Source: Bradyrhizobium sp.
GTDB taxonomy: Bacteria > Pseudomonadota > Alphaproteobacteria > Rhizobiales > Xanthobacteraceae
Reading direction: 5' to 3'
NCBI GenBank assembly: GCA_052143915.1
Contig: JBKQRS010000288.1
Location: 405-64,404 of the forward strand
Length of the DNA stretch: 64,000 nt
The notes under the pieces are model-generated. The model ran no database searches. It was not told the DNA's origin and saw only the letters and a list, made by a program, of their open reading frames with translations. Positions 40,219 through 50,953 of this stretch are shown here, piece after piece. Within the stretch, counting starts at the first letter, position 1. Every line of letters begins with the position of its first letter. The position numbers and the translations under genes are program-made.

Positions 40219-41293
40219 AAAGCGGGCCGAGCGATCCAACACCATCGCCCTTGTTTCGCCGCTGATCGCGATCGGGTTGACGATCGTGACCATGAGCATC
40301 CTGTTTGCCATTCTTGGCAAGAATCCGGTTTCAGCGCTGGGCGTCTACTTCATCGATCCCCTGACCGATAGCTATTCGCTGCAGGAAATCGCAGTGAAGG
40401 CGACGCCGCTTGTCATGATCGCCATCGGACTGTCGCTCTGCTATCTCGCCAATGTCTGGAATATCGGGGCCGAAGGACAGTTTCTGATCGGCGCCGTCGC
40501 CGGCAGCTGGCTCGCCGTGAAAACGCAAGGCACCGACGCCGGACCCTGGGTCTTGCCGGCCATGTTACTGCTCGGCGCGGCAGCCGGCGCGTTGTATGCG
40601 CTGATCCCGGCGATCTGCAGGGTCCGGTTCGGCGCCAGTGAAATCCTGACCAGTCTGATGCTGGTCTATGTCGCGGACCTTTTTCTTGACTATATGGTGC
40701 GCGGTCCATGGCGCGATCCGGCTGGGTTCAACTTCCCGACCACTGCGGAGTTTGATCCGGTCGCCACCGTGCCGGTTCTGATCGAGGGCGGCCGTCTGCA
40801 CCTTGGCGCGATCATTGCGCTTGTGGTCGTGGCCGCCGCCGCGGTGCTGCTCGGCCGCACCATCAAGGGCTTTGAAATCCGGGTCGTGGGCGCCGCGCCG
40901 CGCGCAGCCCGCTTCGGCGGCTTCAATTCCAATCAGCTGGTTCTCCTCACCTTCGCCATCTCCGGAGCGCTGGCTGGACTTGCAGGCATCATCGAAGTTG
41001 CCGGACCGGTCGGGCACCTTCAGCCGGGCTTTTCACCCGGTTATGGTTTTACCGCGATCATCGTCGCCTTCCTCGGGCGGCTGAACCCAGTTGGAATATT
41101 AATTGCAGGTCTTTTTCTCGCATTGACCTTCATTGGCGGCGAACAGGCACAGATTGCAATGAAAATACCCCTGGATGCTACAAAGGTATTTCAAGGCATT
41201 CTGCTGTTCTACGTGCTCGCCTGCGACTCTCTCATCCTCTACCGGTTCAGGCTTATTTTCCCTTCGCGGCAGGTGCACCGTGGAACTGCTTGA
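40202..41293 (+). CDS. Purine/nucleoside ABC permease
   Basis: WNIGAEGQ, EILTSLML, GYGFTAIIVAFLGRL. Confidence 0.9.
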   Translation: MQLVLEKRAERSNTIALVSPLIAIGLTIVTMSILFAILGKNPVSALGVYFIDPLTDSYSLQEIAVKATPLVMIAIGLSLCYLANVWNIGAEGQFLIGAVAGSWLAVKTQGTDAGPWVLPAMLLLGAAAGALYALIPAICRVRFGASEILTSLMLVYVADLFLDYMVRGPWRDPAGFNFPTTAEFDPVATVPVLIEGGRLHLGAIIALVVVAAAAVLLGRTIKGFEIRVVGAAPRAARFGGFNSNQLVLLTFAISGALAGLAGIIEVAGPVGHLQPGFSPGYGFTAIIVAFLGRLNPVGILIAGLFLALTFIGGEQAQIAMKIPLDATKVFQGILLFYVLACDSLILYRFRLIFPSRQVHRGTA

Positions 41294-42197
41294 AGCGATC
41301 ATACTGTCGGTGCTCGCGGCATCAACGCCGCTATTGCTTGCCGCCACCGGCGAACTCGTTACCGAGCGATCCGGCGTACTGAACCTCGGCGTCGAGGGCA
41401 TGATGATCGTGGGCGCAGCGTGCGGATTTGGAGGCGCATGGCTCACCGGATCCATAACGGTAGGCGCCATCTGCGGGATAGTTGCTGGCACCCTGCTGTC
41501 ACTGATCTTTGCGCTGATGACGCTGGGCCTTGCGGTCAACCAGGTTGCCTCGGGGCTTGCGCTCACGATCCTTGGCGTCGGACTATCGGGTTTGATCGGC
41601 GCCGGCTTTGTCGGCGAGAGAATTGCGCCGGCGCCACATCTCTACATTCCGGGCTTGACGGATATTCCACTGGTCGGACGCATCCTGTTCGGTGAGGACG
41701 CGTTCGTCTATTTGTCGTTGGCGCTGGTCGTCGGCGTCTGGCTGTTTCTCTACCGCACGCGGGCCGGACTGGTGCTGCGGGCGGCCGGCGACAATCACAT
41801 ATCGGCGCACGCGCTGGGATATCCTGTGCTTCGCATACGCATGTTTGCCGTGATGTTTGGCGGCGCATGCGCAGGCCTCGCCGGGGCCTATCTTCCGTTG
41901 GCCTATACGCCGTTCTTCATCCCGGGCATGACGGCCGGCCGCGGGTGGATCGCGCTCGCGCTGGTGGTGTTCGCGTCATGGCGGCCGGGACGGCTGGTGA
42001 TCGGCGCCTATCTGTTCGGCGCGGTGACGATTCTACAATTGCATGCCCAAGCCTTTAGTCTAGGCATACCCTCGCAATTCATGTCGGCGTTGCCTTACCT
42101 TGCGACCGTCATCGTCCTTGTTCTGATTTCGCGCGCGAGAACCGGCGGCTCGACTGCGCCCGCGGCCCTGGGAACTGTGTTTGTGCCGGATCGGTAA
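41280..42197 (+). CDS. Purine/nucleoside ABC permease
   Basis: [27 protein letters not shown]; GTG start. Confidence 0.9.
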   Translation: MELLEAIILSVLAASTPLLLAATGELVTERSGVLNLGVEGMMIVGAACGFGGAWLTGSITVGAICGIVAGTLLSLIFALMTLGLAVNQVASGLALTILGVGLSGLIGAGFVGERIAPAPHLYIPGLTDIPLVGRILFGEDAFVYLSLALVVGVWLFLYRTRAGLVLRAAGDNHISAHALGYPVLRIRMFAVMFGGACAGLAGAYLPLAYTPFFIPGMTAGRGWIALALVVFASWRPGRLVIGAYLFGAVTILQLHAQAFSLGIPSQFMSALPYLATVIVLVLISRARTGGSTAPAALGTVFVPDR

Positions 42198-42273
42198 ATA
42201 CCCGAGGCGCGTGCGATGGGGCGCGCGCGCAGCGGGACAGTCAGTCCACCCCTTAAGTAGTCAGGAGAAACCC

Positions 42274-43353
42274 ATGAGAAAGATTCTCATCGCGGCGACA
42301 GCAGTAATGATCACTGCTGCAGCCAGCCTGTCCGGCGCGTCCGCCGCCGACAAGCTCAAAGTAGGCTTCATTTATCTCGGCCCAGTGGGAGATTTCGGCT
42401 GGACCTATCAGCATGAAGTTGCGCGCCAGGCGCTGGTCAAGGAATTCGGCGACAAGATCGAGACCACCTATCTCGAGAACGTCAGCGAAGGTCCGGACGC
42501 CGAACGCTCGATCGAACAGCTCGTGCGCGCCGGCAACAAGCTGATCTTCACGACATCCTTCGGCTACATGGACCCGACGCTGAAAGTGGCCAAGAAATAT
42601 CCCAACGTGCATTTCGAGCACGCTACCGGCTTCAAGAGCGACAAGAACATGGGAATCTACAATGGCCGGTTCTACGAAGGCCGCTACATCCAGGGCATTA
42701 TCGCCGGCAAGATGTCGAAGGCCGGCGTACTTGGCTACATCGCCTCGTTCCCGATTCCGGAAGTCATCATGGGCATCAACGCTACGATCCTCGGCGCGCA
42801 GACCGTCAATCCCAACATCAAGGTCAAGATCATCTGGGCGAACACGTGGTTCGACCCCGGCAAGGAAGCCGACGCCGCCAAGGCGCTGCTCGATCAGGGC
42901 GCCGACGTGATCATGCAGCACACCGACTCGCCGGCGGCCATGCAGATCGCCTCCGAGCGCGGCAAGCTGGCGTTCGGTCAGGACTCCGAAATGATCAAGT
43001 TCGGCCCGAAGACGCAGTTGACGTCGATCATCGACAATTGGGCGCCCTATTACATCGACCGCGTCAAGGCCGAACTCGACGGCAAGTGGACCACGGATAA
43101 CGTCTGGGGCGGGCTGAAATCGAAAATGGTCGTGATGGCGCCCTATACCAACATGCCTGACGATGTGAAGAAACTGGCAATGGACACCGAAGCCGCCATC
43201 AAGGACGGCAAGCTGTTCCCGTTCAAATGCCCGATCGTGGACCAGGACGGCAAGACGGTTGAATGCAAGGGCGGCGACCATCTCGCCGACGGCCAGGTGC
43301 TCGGCATGAACTTCTACGTCAAGGGCATCGACGACAAGATCCCCGGCAAGTAA
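42274..43353 (+). CDS. BMP-family purine-binding protein
   Basis: GFIYLGPVGDFGWTYQH, TSFGYMD, WFDPGKE, QHTDS. Confidence 0.9.
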   Translation: MRKILIAATAVMITAAASLSGASAADKLKVGFIYLGPVGDFGWTYQHEVARQALVKEFGDKIETTYLENVSEGPDAERSIEQLVRAGNKLIFTTSFGYMDPTLKVAKKYPNVHFEHATGFKSDKNMGIYNGRFYEGRYIQGIIAGKMSKAGVLGYIASFPIPEVIMGINATILGAQTVNPNIKVKIIWANTWFDPGKEADAAKALLDQGADVIMQHTDSPAAMQIASERGKLAFGQDSEMIKFGPKTQLTSIIDNWAPYYIDRVKAELDGKWTTDNVWGGLKSKMVVMAPYTNMPDDVKKLAMDTEAAIKDGKLFPFKCPIVDQDGKTVECKGGDHLADGQVLGMNFYVKGIDDKIPGK

Positions 43354-43376
43354 GGCCGGGCTTTCCCGAGACGATC

Positions 43377-43409
43377 AGGGTTCGGGCCGCGACGCCCGGA
43401 CCCTTTTTT
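43377..43409 (+). terminator. Intrinsic terminator
   Basis: agggttcgggc-cgcgac-gcccggaccct followed by a T-run. Confidence 0.75.
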
Positions 43410-43463
43410 CATTGTCAGTTGTGCTGGCCGCGCATCGCAGCAGCATCTCAGTCGAACGAAAGC

Positions 43464-44813
43464 TTACCCCACCTGCAGCGCGTGCGCGGCGGCGCTGTGG
43501 CGCCGGATCAGATCGGACACGTCAAGCGAGGGGACGGCGCCATCCAACACCACCCATTTACCACCGACCATCACCCGGTCGGCGCGATGGGCGCCGCACA
43601 GAACGAGCGCCGCCAGGGGATCGCCGTGGCCGGAGAAACGCAGCTCGTCGAGCTTGAACAGCGCCAGGTCTGCGGCCTTGCCCGCCGCGATCTCACCGAG
43701 CTCCGGGCGGCCGACACACGCCGCCGATCCCTTGGTGGCCCAGCGAAGCGCGTCCTTGTGGCTGACGCGACCGACACCGTAGCGCGCACGCTGCAGCAGG
43801 AACGCGGCGCGGACTTCCTGCATCAGGTTGGATTCATCATTTGAGGCCGAGCCGTCGACGCCAAGACCAATCGCAACCCCCGCCTCTTCCATATCGCAGA
43901 CCGGGCAGCATCCGGAAGCCAGCACCTGATTGCTGCACGCGCAATGGCTGATCGCGGTTCCCGCCTTGCCCAGCCGTTTCATTTCCGGAGCGCTGAAATG
44001 AATGCCGTGGGCCAGCCATGTTCGCGCGTTCAGCCAGCCGCATTGCTCCAGATAATCCAGCGGCCGGCAGCCGTGCATCTGCTCGCAGAACTTGTTCTCG
44101 TCTTCGGTCTCCGCCAGATGGGTATGCAGGCGGACGTCAAGCCGGTCGGCAAGATCAGCGGTCGCGCGCATCAGCGAGGTCGTCACCGAAAACGGCGAGC
44201 AGGGCGCCAGCGCGATTTGCACCATGGCGTCTTCGCCGCGCTGGTGATGTCTTGCGACCACGCGCTCGCTGTCGGCCAGAATCGTATCCTCGTCCTGCAC
44301 TACGCTGTCGGGCGGCAATCCGCCGTCGCGCTGTGACCGGTTCATCGAGCCCCGCGTCAGCAGCACGCGAACGCCGAGCCGCTTTGCGACGGCCACTTCG
44401 ATATCGACGGCGTCCTCAAGCCCGGCCGGGAAAACGTAGTGATGGTCGGTCGTGGTGGTGCAGCCCGAAAGCAACAGCTCCGATATCGCCACGGTGACGC
44501 CGAGATCGAGCGATTCCGGCGTCAGCCGCGCCCATACCGGATAAAGCGCCTGCAGCCAGGGAAACAATTCCCGATCGAGCGCCGCCGGCAGCGCGCGTGT
44601 CAGCGTTTGGTAGAAATGGTGATGGGTGTTGATCAACCCGGGCAGCACGACGTGGTCGCCCGCTTCAAAGAACGCCGCCGGGGTCTTCGGCCGGCCGCCC
44701 CTCGGAACCAGTTCGACGATCTTGCCGTTCTGGACCACAATGCCACGCTCGGCGCCATCGGCGAGGATGGCCAAGGGATCCTTGATCCAGATCGCCCGCT
44801 TTGGGTCCATCAT
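43464..44813 (-). CDS. 8-oxoguanine deaminase (amidohydrolase)
   Basis: NTHHHFYQTLTR, APCSPFS, HTHLAET, WLAHG, GVDGSASND. Confidence 0.8.
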   Translation of the reverse strand: MMDPKRAIWIKDPLAILADGAERGIVVQNGKIVELVPRGGRPKTPAAFFEAGDHVVLPGLINTHHHFYQTLTRALPAALDRELFPWLQALYPVWARLTPESLDLGVTVAISELLLSGCTTTTDHHYVFPAGLEDAVDIEVAVAKRLGVRVLLTRGSMNRSQRDGGLPPDSVVQDEDTILADSERVVARHHQRGEDAMVQIALAPCSPFSVTTSLMRATADLADRLDVRLHTHLAETEDENKFCEQMHGCRPLDYLEQCGWLNARTWLAHGIHFSAPEMKRLGKAGTAISHCACSNQVLASGCCPVCDMEEAGVAIGLGVDGSASNDESNLMQEVRAAFLLQRARYGVGRVSHKDALRWATKGSAACVGRPELGEIAAGKAADLALFKLDELRFSGHGDPLAALVLCGAHRADRVMVGGKWVVLDGAVPSLDVSDLIRRHSAAAHALQVG

Positions 44814-44962
44814 CCCTTGCCTTCTCCTGCGGATCCGAACCACGAAGCGGTCAGCCCGGACATCCTTGCAATTCAAAGACCAGCTCACCCGCCGAAGAGT
44901 TGGCTTCGCTCTTGCAAGACTCTTACAGGGAGAAGCATCTCGTTGAAAGCGCTAGCCTATCC

Positions 44963-45784
44963 ATGGACCTGAACACCATCAAAGAAGTGGCTCACCCGCA
45001 AATGCGCGAGCAACTGCCCGTTTGGACGGCAGGCGATGCTTGGCTCGCGGGCGGGACCTGGCTGTACTCGGAACCCCAGGCCAATCTGAAACGGCTGATC
45101 GATCTTGCCGATTTCAAATGGCCGGCGCTGACGATCAGCGAGACCGGGCTCGCGATCGCGGCGACCTGCACGGTTGCGCAACTGGACGCGCTGGCATGTC
45201 CGCCGGAATGGCTCGCAGCACCCCTGATCAACCAATGCTGCCGCGCGTTTCTGGCCTCCTTCAAGATCTGGAAGACCGCCACCGTCGGCGGCAACCTCTG
45301 CATGTCCTTGCCGGCCGGGCCGATGATCTCGCTGACGGCAGCGCTCGGGGGCGTCTGCACGGTCTGGAAGTCCGGAGGTGGCGAACAACGCGTCCGCGTC
45401 GTCGACTTCGTCACGGACAACCAGCGCAACGTGCTTGCGCCGGGTGACCTGCTGCGACAAATCGAAATTCCCCTCGCTGCGCTGAAGCGGCGCACCGCGT
45501 TTCGCCAGATATCGCTGACGCCAGTCGGGCGTTCCGCGGCGCTGTTGATCGGCAGCATCGACGGCGAAGGCGCCATGACGCTGACCGTCACCGCATCGAC
45601 GGTACGGCCGGTTCAGCTCTCGTTTTCCACAATTCCTGACGCAGGCGAACTGCGCGAGGCGCTACGCCACCACATTGCCGGCGATGTCTATCATGACGAC
45701 GTCCATGGCAAACCGGCATGGCGCAAACACATGACGCTGCGCCTGGCCGAAGAGATTCGCGCCGAGTTGCAGGGCCTGATGTAA
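44963..45784 (+). CDS. FAD-binding subunit of a xanthine dehydrogenase-family enzyme
   Basis: LAGGT, TATVGGNLC. Confidence 0.8.
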   Translation: MDLNTIKEVAHPQMREQLPVWTAGDAWLAGGTWLYSEPQANLKRLIDLADFKWPALTISETGLAIAATCTVAQLDALACPPEWLAAPLINQCCRAFLASFKIWKTATVGGNLCMSLPAGPMISLTAALGGVCTVWKSGGGEQRVRVVDFVTDNQRNVLAPGDLLRQIEIPLAALKRRTAFRQISLTPVGRSAALLIGSIDGEGAMTLTVTASTVRPVQLSFSTIPDAGELREALRHHIAGDVYHDDVHGKPAWRKHMTLRLAEEIRAELQGLM

Positions 45785-45786
45785 CC

Positions 45787-48507
45787 ATGAGCTTTCAGAT
45801 CAACGGCAAGGATTTCTCGCAAACCCCGCGCGCCGGACAATGCCTGCGAACATTTCTTCGCGAGCTCGGGCATTTCGGCGTCAAGAAGGGCTGCGACGCC
45901 GGCGACTGCGGCGCCTGCACCGTCCTGATCGATGGCGAGCCGGTGCATAGTTGCCTGGTCCCTGCCTTCCGCGCCGATGGTCACGCTGTCACCACCATCG
46001 AGGGCCTTGCGCCCGATGGCGGAACGCATCCGATGCAGCAGGCGTTTCTCGATGCGCAGGCGTTTCAGTGCGGATTCTGCACCGCGGGCATGATCCTCAC
46101 CTGCGCGTCGCTGAATCAGGCACAGCGCCAGGACCTCGGCGCTTCGCTCAAGGGCAACCTCTGCCGCTGCACCGGTTATCGCGCGATCGAGGACGCGCTC
46201 AACGGCAAGACCAATATCGAGGACGCCGCGGCGGGCAGCGCGTTCGGCCGCAGCCTGCCCGCGCCGGCGGGGCCGCAGGTCGTGCGGGGCGCGGCGCGCT
46301 ACACCTTCGACACGGCCATCGAGGGCCTGCTTCACATCAAGCTAAAGCGCTCACCGCATCCGCATGCAAGGATCCGCTCCGTCGACAAGAGCGCAGCGTT
46401 GACCGTCCCGGGCATGCATTCGGTGCTGACCTTCGAGGACGCGCCGGATCGGCTGTTCTCGACCGCGCGGCACGAGAAGGCCTGGATGGACCCCGACGAT
46501 ACCCGGGTGCTCGACGATGTCGTCCGCTTTGTCGGGCAGAAGGTAGCTGTCGTGATCGCCGAGTCTGAGGCGGCCGCGGAAGAAGGCTGCCGCCGCCTCA
46601 AGGTCGACTACGATATCTTGCCGGCCGTGGTCGATCCGGCGCAGGCGATTGCGCCAGGCGCCCCCTTGATCCACCAAGGCAAGACGCCGGAGCAACGCGT
46701 TGCCAACGCGCAGCGTAACATCGTGGCGGAGAGCCACGGTGAGTTCGGCGATGTCGCGAACGCGCTCGCCCGGTCAGCCGTCACCTACGAGGGGACATTC
46801 ACCACCCAACGCGTCCAGCACGCCGCGCTCGAAACCCATGGCGGCCTCGCCTGGGTCGATGCAAGCGGCGTCCTGAACGTACGTTCAAGTACCCAAACGC
46901 CATTCCTGACGCGACGCGCGCTCACGGAAATCTTCGATCTGGCGGCGGACAAGGTCCGGGTGTTCTGTGAACGCGTCGGCGGCGGCTTCGGCGGCAAGCA
47001 GGAAATGTTCGTCGAGGATATTCTTGCGCTCGCCGCGCTCAGGACCCGACGGCCGGTCAAGCTTGAATTCACGCGCGAGGAGCAATTCATCGCGACCTCG
47101 ACGCGGCATCCGATGCGCATCACCGTGAAGGCAGGCGCCGACGGCCGGGGAAAACTGACGGCGCTGCAGCTCGACGTGCTCTCCAACACCGGCGCCTATG
47201 GCAATCACGCCAGCCCGGTGCTGCTTCATGCCTGCGGCGAGTCGATCGGCGTCTATAACTGCCCGAACAAGAAGGTCGATGCCGTCGTCGCCTACACCAA
47301 CACCGTGCCGGCCGGCGCCTTTCGCGGTTATGGCCTGCCGCAAACGCTGTTCGCCGTGGAAGCCGCGATCGACGAACTGGCCAGGAAACTGGGCATCAGT
47401 CCTTTCGAGATTCGCCGGCGCAACATCGTAAAGCCGGGTGACCCGATGCTGTCGCCCCCAGGCTCCGGACACAACGACATCATCTACGGCAGTTACGGAC
47501 TGGATCAGTGCCTGGATTGGGTCGAGCGCGCGATGCAGGCCGAGGGGCCAAAGATCGAACTCTCCGCCGACTGGCTGGTCGGCGAGGGCATCGCGCTCAC
47601 CATGATCGATACGGTTCCGCCGGACGGGCACATCGCGGACGCCAGGATTGCGCTGCGTGAGGACGGCGGATTCGAGCTGACCGTCGGAACGGCGGAGTTC
47701 GGCAACGGCACCTCGACGGTTCATCGCCAGATCGCCGCGACCGCCTTGGCGACCACCGTCGATCAGATCCGCCTGCTGCAATCCGACACGGCGCATGGAG
47801 GTCACGACACCGGCGCCTATGGCAGCACCGGAACCTTCGTCGCCGGGCGGGCGACGCAGGCCGCGGCGGAAAACCTGGCGGAAGATCTCAAGGTGTTTGC
47901 TTCCACAGTGACAAAGACGAGCCCTGATACATGCGTTCTCGAAAACGATTCCGTGGTTTGCGGCAAGCAACCTTTGCCGTTCGCGGAGATCGCCGAAGCC
48001 GCGCGCGCGCAAGGCCAAACCCTGAGCGCGAATGGCAACTCGCAAGGCACGCCGCGATCGGTCGCGTTCAACGTTCAGGGCTTTCGCGTCGCCGTCAACA
48101 AGGGCACCGGAGAAATCCGGATACTCAAAAGCGTGCACGCCGCGGACGCCGGCCGGGTCGCCAATCCGATGCAGTGCCGTGGCCAGGTCGAGGGCGGCGT
48201 CGCGCAGTCGCTCGGCGCAACGCTCTATGAGGAAATGGTGATCGACGACGGCGGCCGCGTCGCCAATCCCAGGTTTCGCGACTACCATCTGCCTTGCTTT
48301 GCCGACGTACCGCGCACCGAGGTGTTCTTCGCCGATACCACCGATACGCTGGGTCCGATGGGCGCAAAATCGATGAGCGAAAGTCCCTACAATCCGGTGG
48401 CGGCAGCGCTCGGCAACGCGCTGGCAAATGCCACCGGCATTCGATTCACCGCGGTGCCGTTCAAGCCGGACCGGCTATGGCCGCTGTTGCACGACAAGTT
48501 TGGCTAA
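45787..48507 (+). CDS. Xanthine dehydrogenase-family protein, fused 2x(2Fe-2S) and molybdopterin domains
   Basis: GCDAGDCGAC, QCGFC, CRCTGY, QHAALE, GGGFGGKQ, AFRGYG, GAKSMSE. Confidence 0.85.
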   Translation: MSFQINGKDFSQTPRAGQCLRTFLRELGHFGVKKGCDAGDCGACTVLIDGEPVHSCLVPAFRADGHAVTTIEGLAPDGGTHPMQQAFLDAQAFQCGFCTAGMILTCASLNQAQRQDLGASLKGNLCRCTGYRAIEDALNGKTNIEDAAAGSAFGRSLPAPAGPQVVRGAARYTFDTAIEGLLHIKLKRSPHPHARIRSVDKSAALTVPGMHSVLTFEDAPDRLFSTARHEKAWMDPDDTRVLDDVVRFVGQKVAVVIAESEAAAEEGCRRLKVDYDILPAVVDPAQAIAPGAPLIHQGKTPEQRVANAQRNIVAESHGEFGDVANALARSAVTYEGTFTTQRVQHAALETHGGLAWVDASGVLNVRSSTQTPFLTRRALTEIFDLAADKVRVFCERVGGGFGGKQEMFVEDILALAALRTRRPVKLEFTREEQFIATSTRHPMRITVKAGADGRGKLTALQLDVLSNTGAYGNHASPVLLHACGESIGVYNCPNKKVDAVVAYTNTVPAGAFRGYGLPQTLFAVEAAIDELARKLGISPFEIRRRNIVKPGDPMLSPPGSGHNDIIYGSYGLDQCLDWVERAMQAEGPKIELSADWLVGEGIALTMIDTVPPDGHIADARIALREDGGFELTVGTAEFGNGTSTVHRQIAATALATTVDQIRLLQSDTAHGGHDTGAYGSTGTFVAGRATQAAAENLAEDLKVFASTVTKTSPDTCVLENDSVVCGKQPLPFAEIAEAARAQGQTLSANGNSQGTPRSVAFNVQGFRVAVNKGTGEIRILKSVHAADAGRVANPMQCRGQVEGGVAQSLGATLYEEMVIDDGGRVANPRFRDYHLPCFADVPRTEVFFADTTDTLGPMGAKSMSESPYNPVAAALGNALANATGIRFTAVPFKPDRLWPLLHDKFG

Positions 48508-48564
48508 CCGGCGCACGCCGCGGCTGGCGCCAACTCGTGGGGCTTGCCGACGAAACATGCCGCT

Positions 48565-48579
48565 TGGCATGGGCCTTGT
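48565..48579 (+). promoter_or_regulatory. Probable sigma54 promoter of the urate/xanthine permease
   Basis: TGGCAT-GGGCC-TTGT, one mismatch at -12. Confidence 0.55.
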
Positions 48580-48625
48580 ATTAGTTTGTTATGATCGAGC
48601 AACAGGCCACGCCGAGGACAAGTCC

Positions 48626-50023
48626 ATGACCACCGAAATCCACCCGGTAGATCAAATCCTGCCAACCCCTCGCCTGCTGGCGCTCGGGTTGCAGCACGTG
48701 CTGGTGATGTATGCGGGCGCGGTCGCGGTGCCCTTGATCATCGGCCGGGCGCTGAAACTGGCGCCCGAAGAGGTAGCGTTCCTGATCAGCGCGGATTTGT
48801 TCGCCTGCGGACTTGCCACGCTTGTGCAGTGCATCGGCTTTCCAGGCGTCGGCATCCGGCTCCCCGTGATGATGGGCGTCACGTTCGCTTCCGTTGGTCC
48901 GATGCTGTCGATGGCGGCGTCGCCCGAGATTGGCCTGCTCGGAATCTATGGCTCGGTGATCGCTGCCGGAATCTTCGGCATCGTTGCCGCACCTTTCATC
49001 AGCCGGCTATTACCGCTGTTTCCACCGGTGGTGACCGGGACGATCATTATGGTGATTGGCATCTCGCTGATGCGGGTAGGTATCAACTGGGCCGGTGGCG
49101 GAATACCCACCTTCACCAAAGTGATTGACGGTGTTTCCTACGCGTTTCCAAATCCGGGTTACGGCCAGTTGCAGGGGCTGGGCATCGCGCTATTCGTGCT
49201 GCTGATCATTCTCGGCCTGATCAAATGGGGAAGCGGATTCATCACCAACGTCTCGGTGCTGCTCGGCATCGTCGCCGGCGCGATCCTGGCCAGCGTGCTC
49301 GGTGTCATGCATTTCGAAAAGGTCGCAGCGGCGCCATGGGGCGACATCGTGATTCCGCTTCACTTCGGAATTCCGCAATTCCATCTGGTGCCTATCATCA
49401 CCATGTGCATCGTGATGATCGTGGTGATGATCGAATCGCTTGGGATGTTCCTGGCGCTGGGCGAGATCACCGGCAAGACGATCGACCGCGACGCGCTGAC
49501 GCGCGGATTGCGCGCCGATGGCGTCGGCACGCTGCTCGGCGGTTTGTTCAACACCTTTCCCTATACGTCGTTCTCGCAGAATGTCGGCCTCGTCAGCGTC
49601 ACCGGGGTTCGCTCGCGCTGGGTGACCGTGGCCGGCGGCGGCATCATGCTGCTGCTCGGCCTGCTGCCGAAGATGGCCGCCCTGGTCGAAGCTGTCCCGC
49701 TCGTGGTGCTCGGCGGCGCTGGTCTTGTGATGTTCGGCATGGTCGCCGCCACCGGCGCGAGAATTCTCACCGCCGTCGACTTCAAGAACAACCGCTACAA
49801 CCTGTTCGTGGTCGCGATCTCGGTCGGCTTCGGCCTGATCCCGCTCGCCGCGCCGGGCTTCTTCCACAACCTGCCGCATGATCTGCAGCCGCTGCTGGAA
49901 TCCGGCATACTGCTCTGTGCGATCGTGGCCGTCATCCTGAACGCATTTTTCAACGGCGTGGGGACCAAGGCTGCCGCGGAGGCGGACGCAGTGGCGGCGG
50001 CTTCATCGGCGCAGCACGTGTGA
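48626..50023 (+). CDS. NCS2 uric acid/xanthine permease (UacT/PbuX-like)
   Basis: GLQHVLVMY, NAT signature FSQNVGLVSVTG. Confidence 0.9.
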   Translation: MTTEIHPVDQILPTPRLLALGLQHVLVMYAGAVAVPLIIGRALKLAPEEVAFLISADLFACGLATLVQCIGFPGVGIRLPVMMGVTFASVGPMLSMAASPEIGLLGIYGSVIAAGIFGIVAAPFISRLLPLFPPVVTGTIIMVIGISLMRVGINWAGGGIPTFTKVIDGVSYAFPNPGYGQLQGLGIALFVLLIILGLIKWGSGFITNVSVLLGIVAGAILASVLGVMHFEKVAAAPWGDIVIPLHFGIPQFHLVPIITMCIVMIVVMIESLGMFLALGEITGKTIDRDALTRGLRADGVGTLLGGLFNTFPYTSFSQNVGLVSVTGVRSRWVTVAGGGIMLLLGLLPKMAALVEAVPLVVLGGAGLVMFGMVAATGARILTAVDFKNNRYNLFVVAISVGFGLIPLAAPGFFHNLPHDLQPLLESGILLCAIVAVILNAFFNGVGTKAAAEADAVAAASSAQHV

Positions 50024-50060
50024 GATGTGGCCGCGATCACCTCCTGGGAGGAGCAGGACT

Positions 50061-50948
50061 TCAACTCCCCCGATACGTGGCGTAGCTCCAGGGCGTGACC
50101 AGGAGCGGCACGTGGAGATGGCCCTCGGGCTCGCTGACCGAAAACCGCAGCGGAATCCGGTCGAGGAACGGCGGATCTGACATCGGCACCTGTCGTTCTG
50201 CAAAATAATTACCGACGCTGAACATCAATTCGTAACGGCCGATCGGCACCGGCCGCCCATGCACCAGCGGCTGATCGGTTCGGCCGTCGGCGTTGGTGAT
50301 TGCGCGCGTCACGACGCGGCCTGTGCCGAGATCCGACAGCTCGATCAGTTCGACTTCGATCCCGGCTGCCGGCCTGCCGCTATGGGTGTCGAGCACATGC
50401 GTCGACAGGCGCCCGTGGACCTGCAGCCGGTCCTGCGCGGTCACGAGCTGATCCACGCGCAATGCCGCAATCCTGCAGATCTCCTCGATCGATTTCTGCA
50501 TTTCGGTTTCGGCGTCATTTGGCAGCCTGCGCTCGAAATCGCGCAGGATCGAATCCTTGGTGTGGCGGCGAACGCAAACGATATAGGGAAATCCGAACCT
50601 GGCGCGGTAGGCGTTATTGACCCGCTCGAATGCCTCATATTCGGCGTCCGACAGCCGATCCAGCCCAACGCTATTCTGTTCGGCATTGGATTCCGCAGTA
50701 AGGCCCGCGGCGCGCTGGGTCTTGTTGGCAAGATCAGGATGCGCCTTGATCAGGGCCAGGCGAAGCTCCGGCGTCGCTTGATCGACCGCGGCCTTCATCG
50801 CAGCGAACAGCTGGTTTACGCCTTCGAACGGCCGCGCCGCAGCGGCCCGCTCGGCGATCCACGGCGAATACTCGAAGATATTCGCAAGCGCCCCGACAAA
50901 GTCATCCTTGCTGCAGGTATTCAAGTCGGAAAGCGCTTTCTGGGACAT
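50061..50948 (-). CDS. uraD: Bifunctional OHCU decarboxylase / 5-hydroxyisourate hydrolase (UraD-UraH fusion)
   Basis: FEYSPW, AHPDLA, FGFPYIVCVR; then LSTHVLDT, DGR, HVPLL and terminal YRGS. Confidence 0.9.
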   Translation of the reverse strand: MSQKALSDLNTCSKDDFVGALANIFEYSPWIAERAAAARPFEGVNQLFAAMKAAVDQATPELRLALIKAHPDLANKTQRAAGLTAESNAEQNSVGLDRLSDAEYEAFERVNNAYRARFGFPYIVCVRRHTKDSILRDFERRLPNDAETEMQKSIEEICRIAALRVDQLVTAQDRLQVHGRLSTHVLDTHSGRPAAGIEVELIELSDLGTGRVVTRAITNADGRTDQPLVHGRPVPIGRYELMFSVGNYFAERQVPMSDPPFLDRIPLRFSVSEPEGHLHVPLLVTPWSYATYRGS

Positions 50949-50953
50949 GGGTG

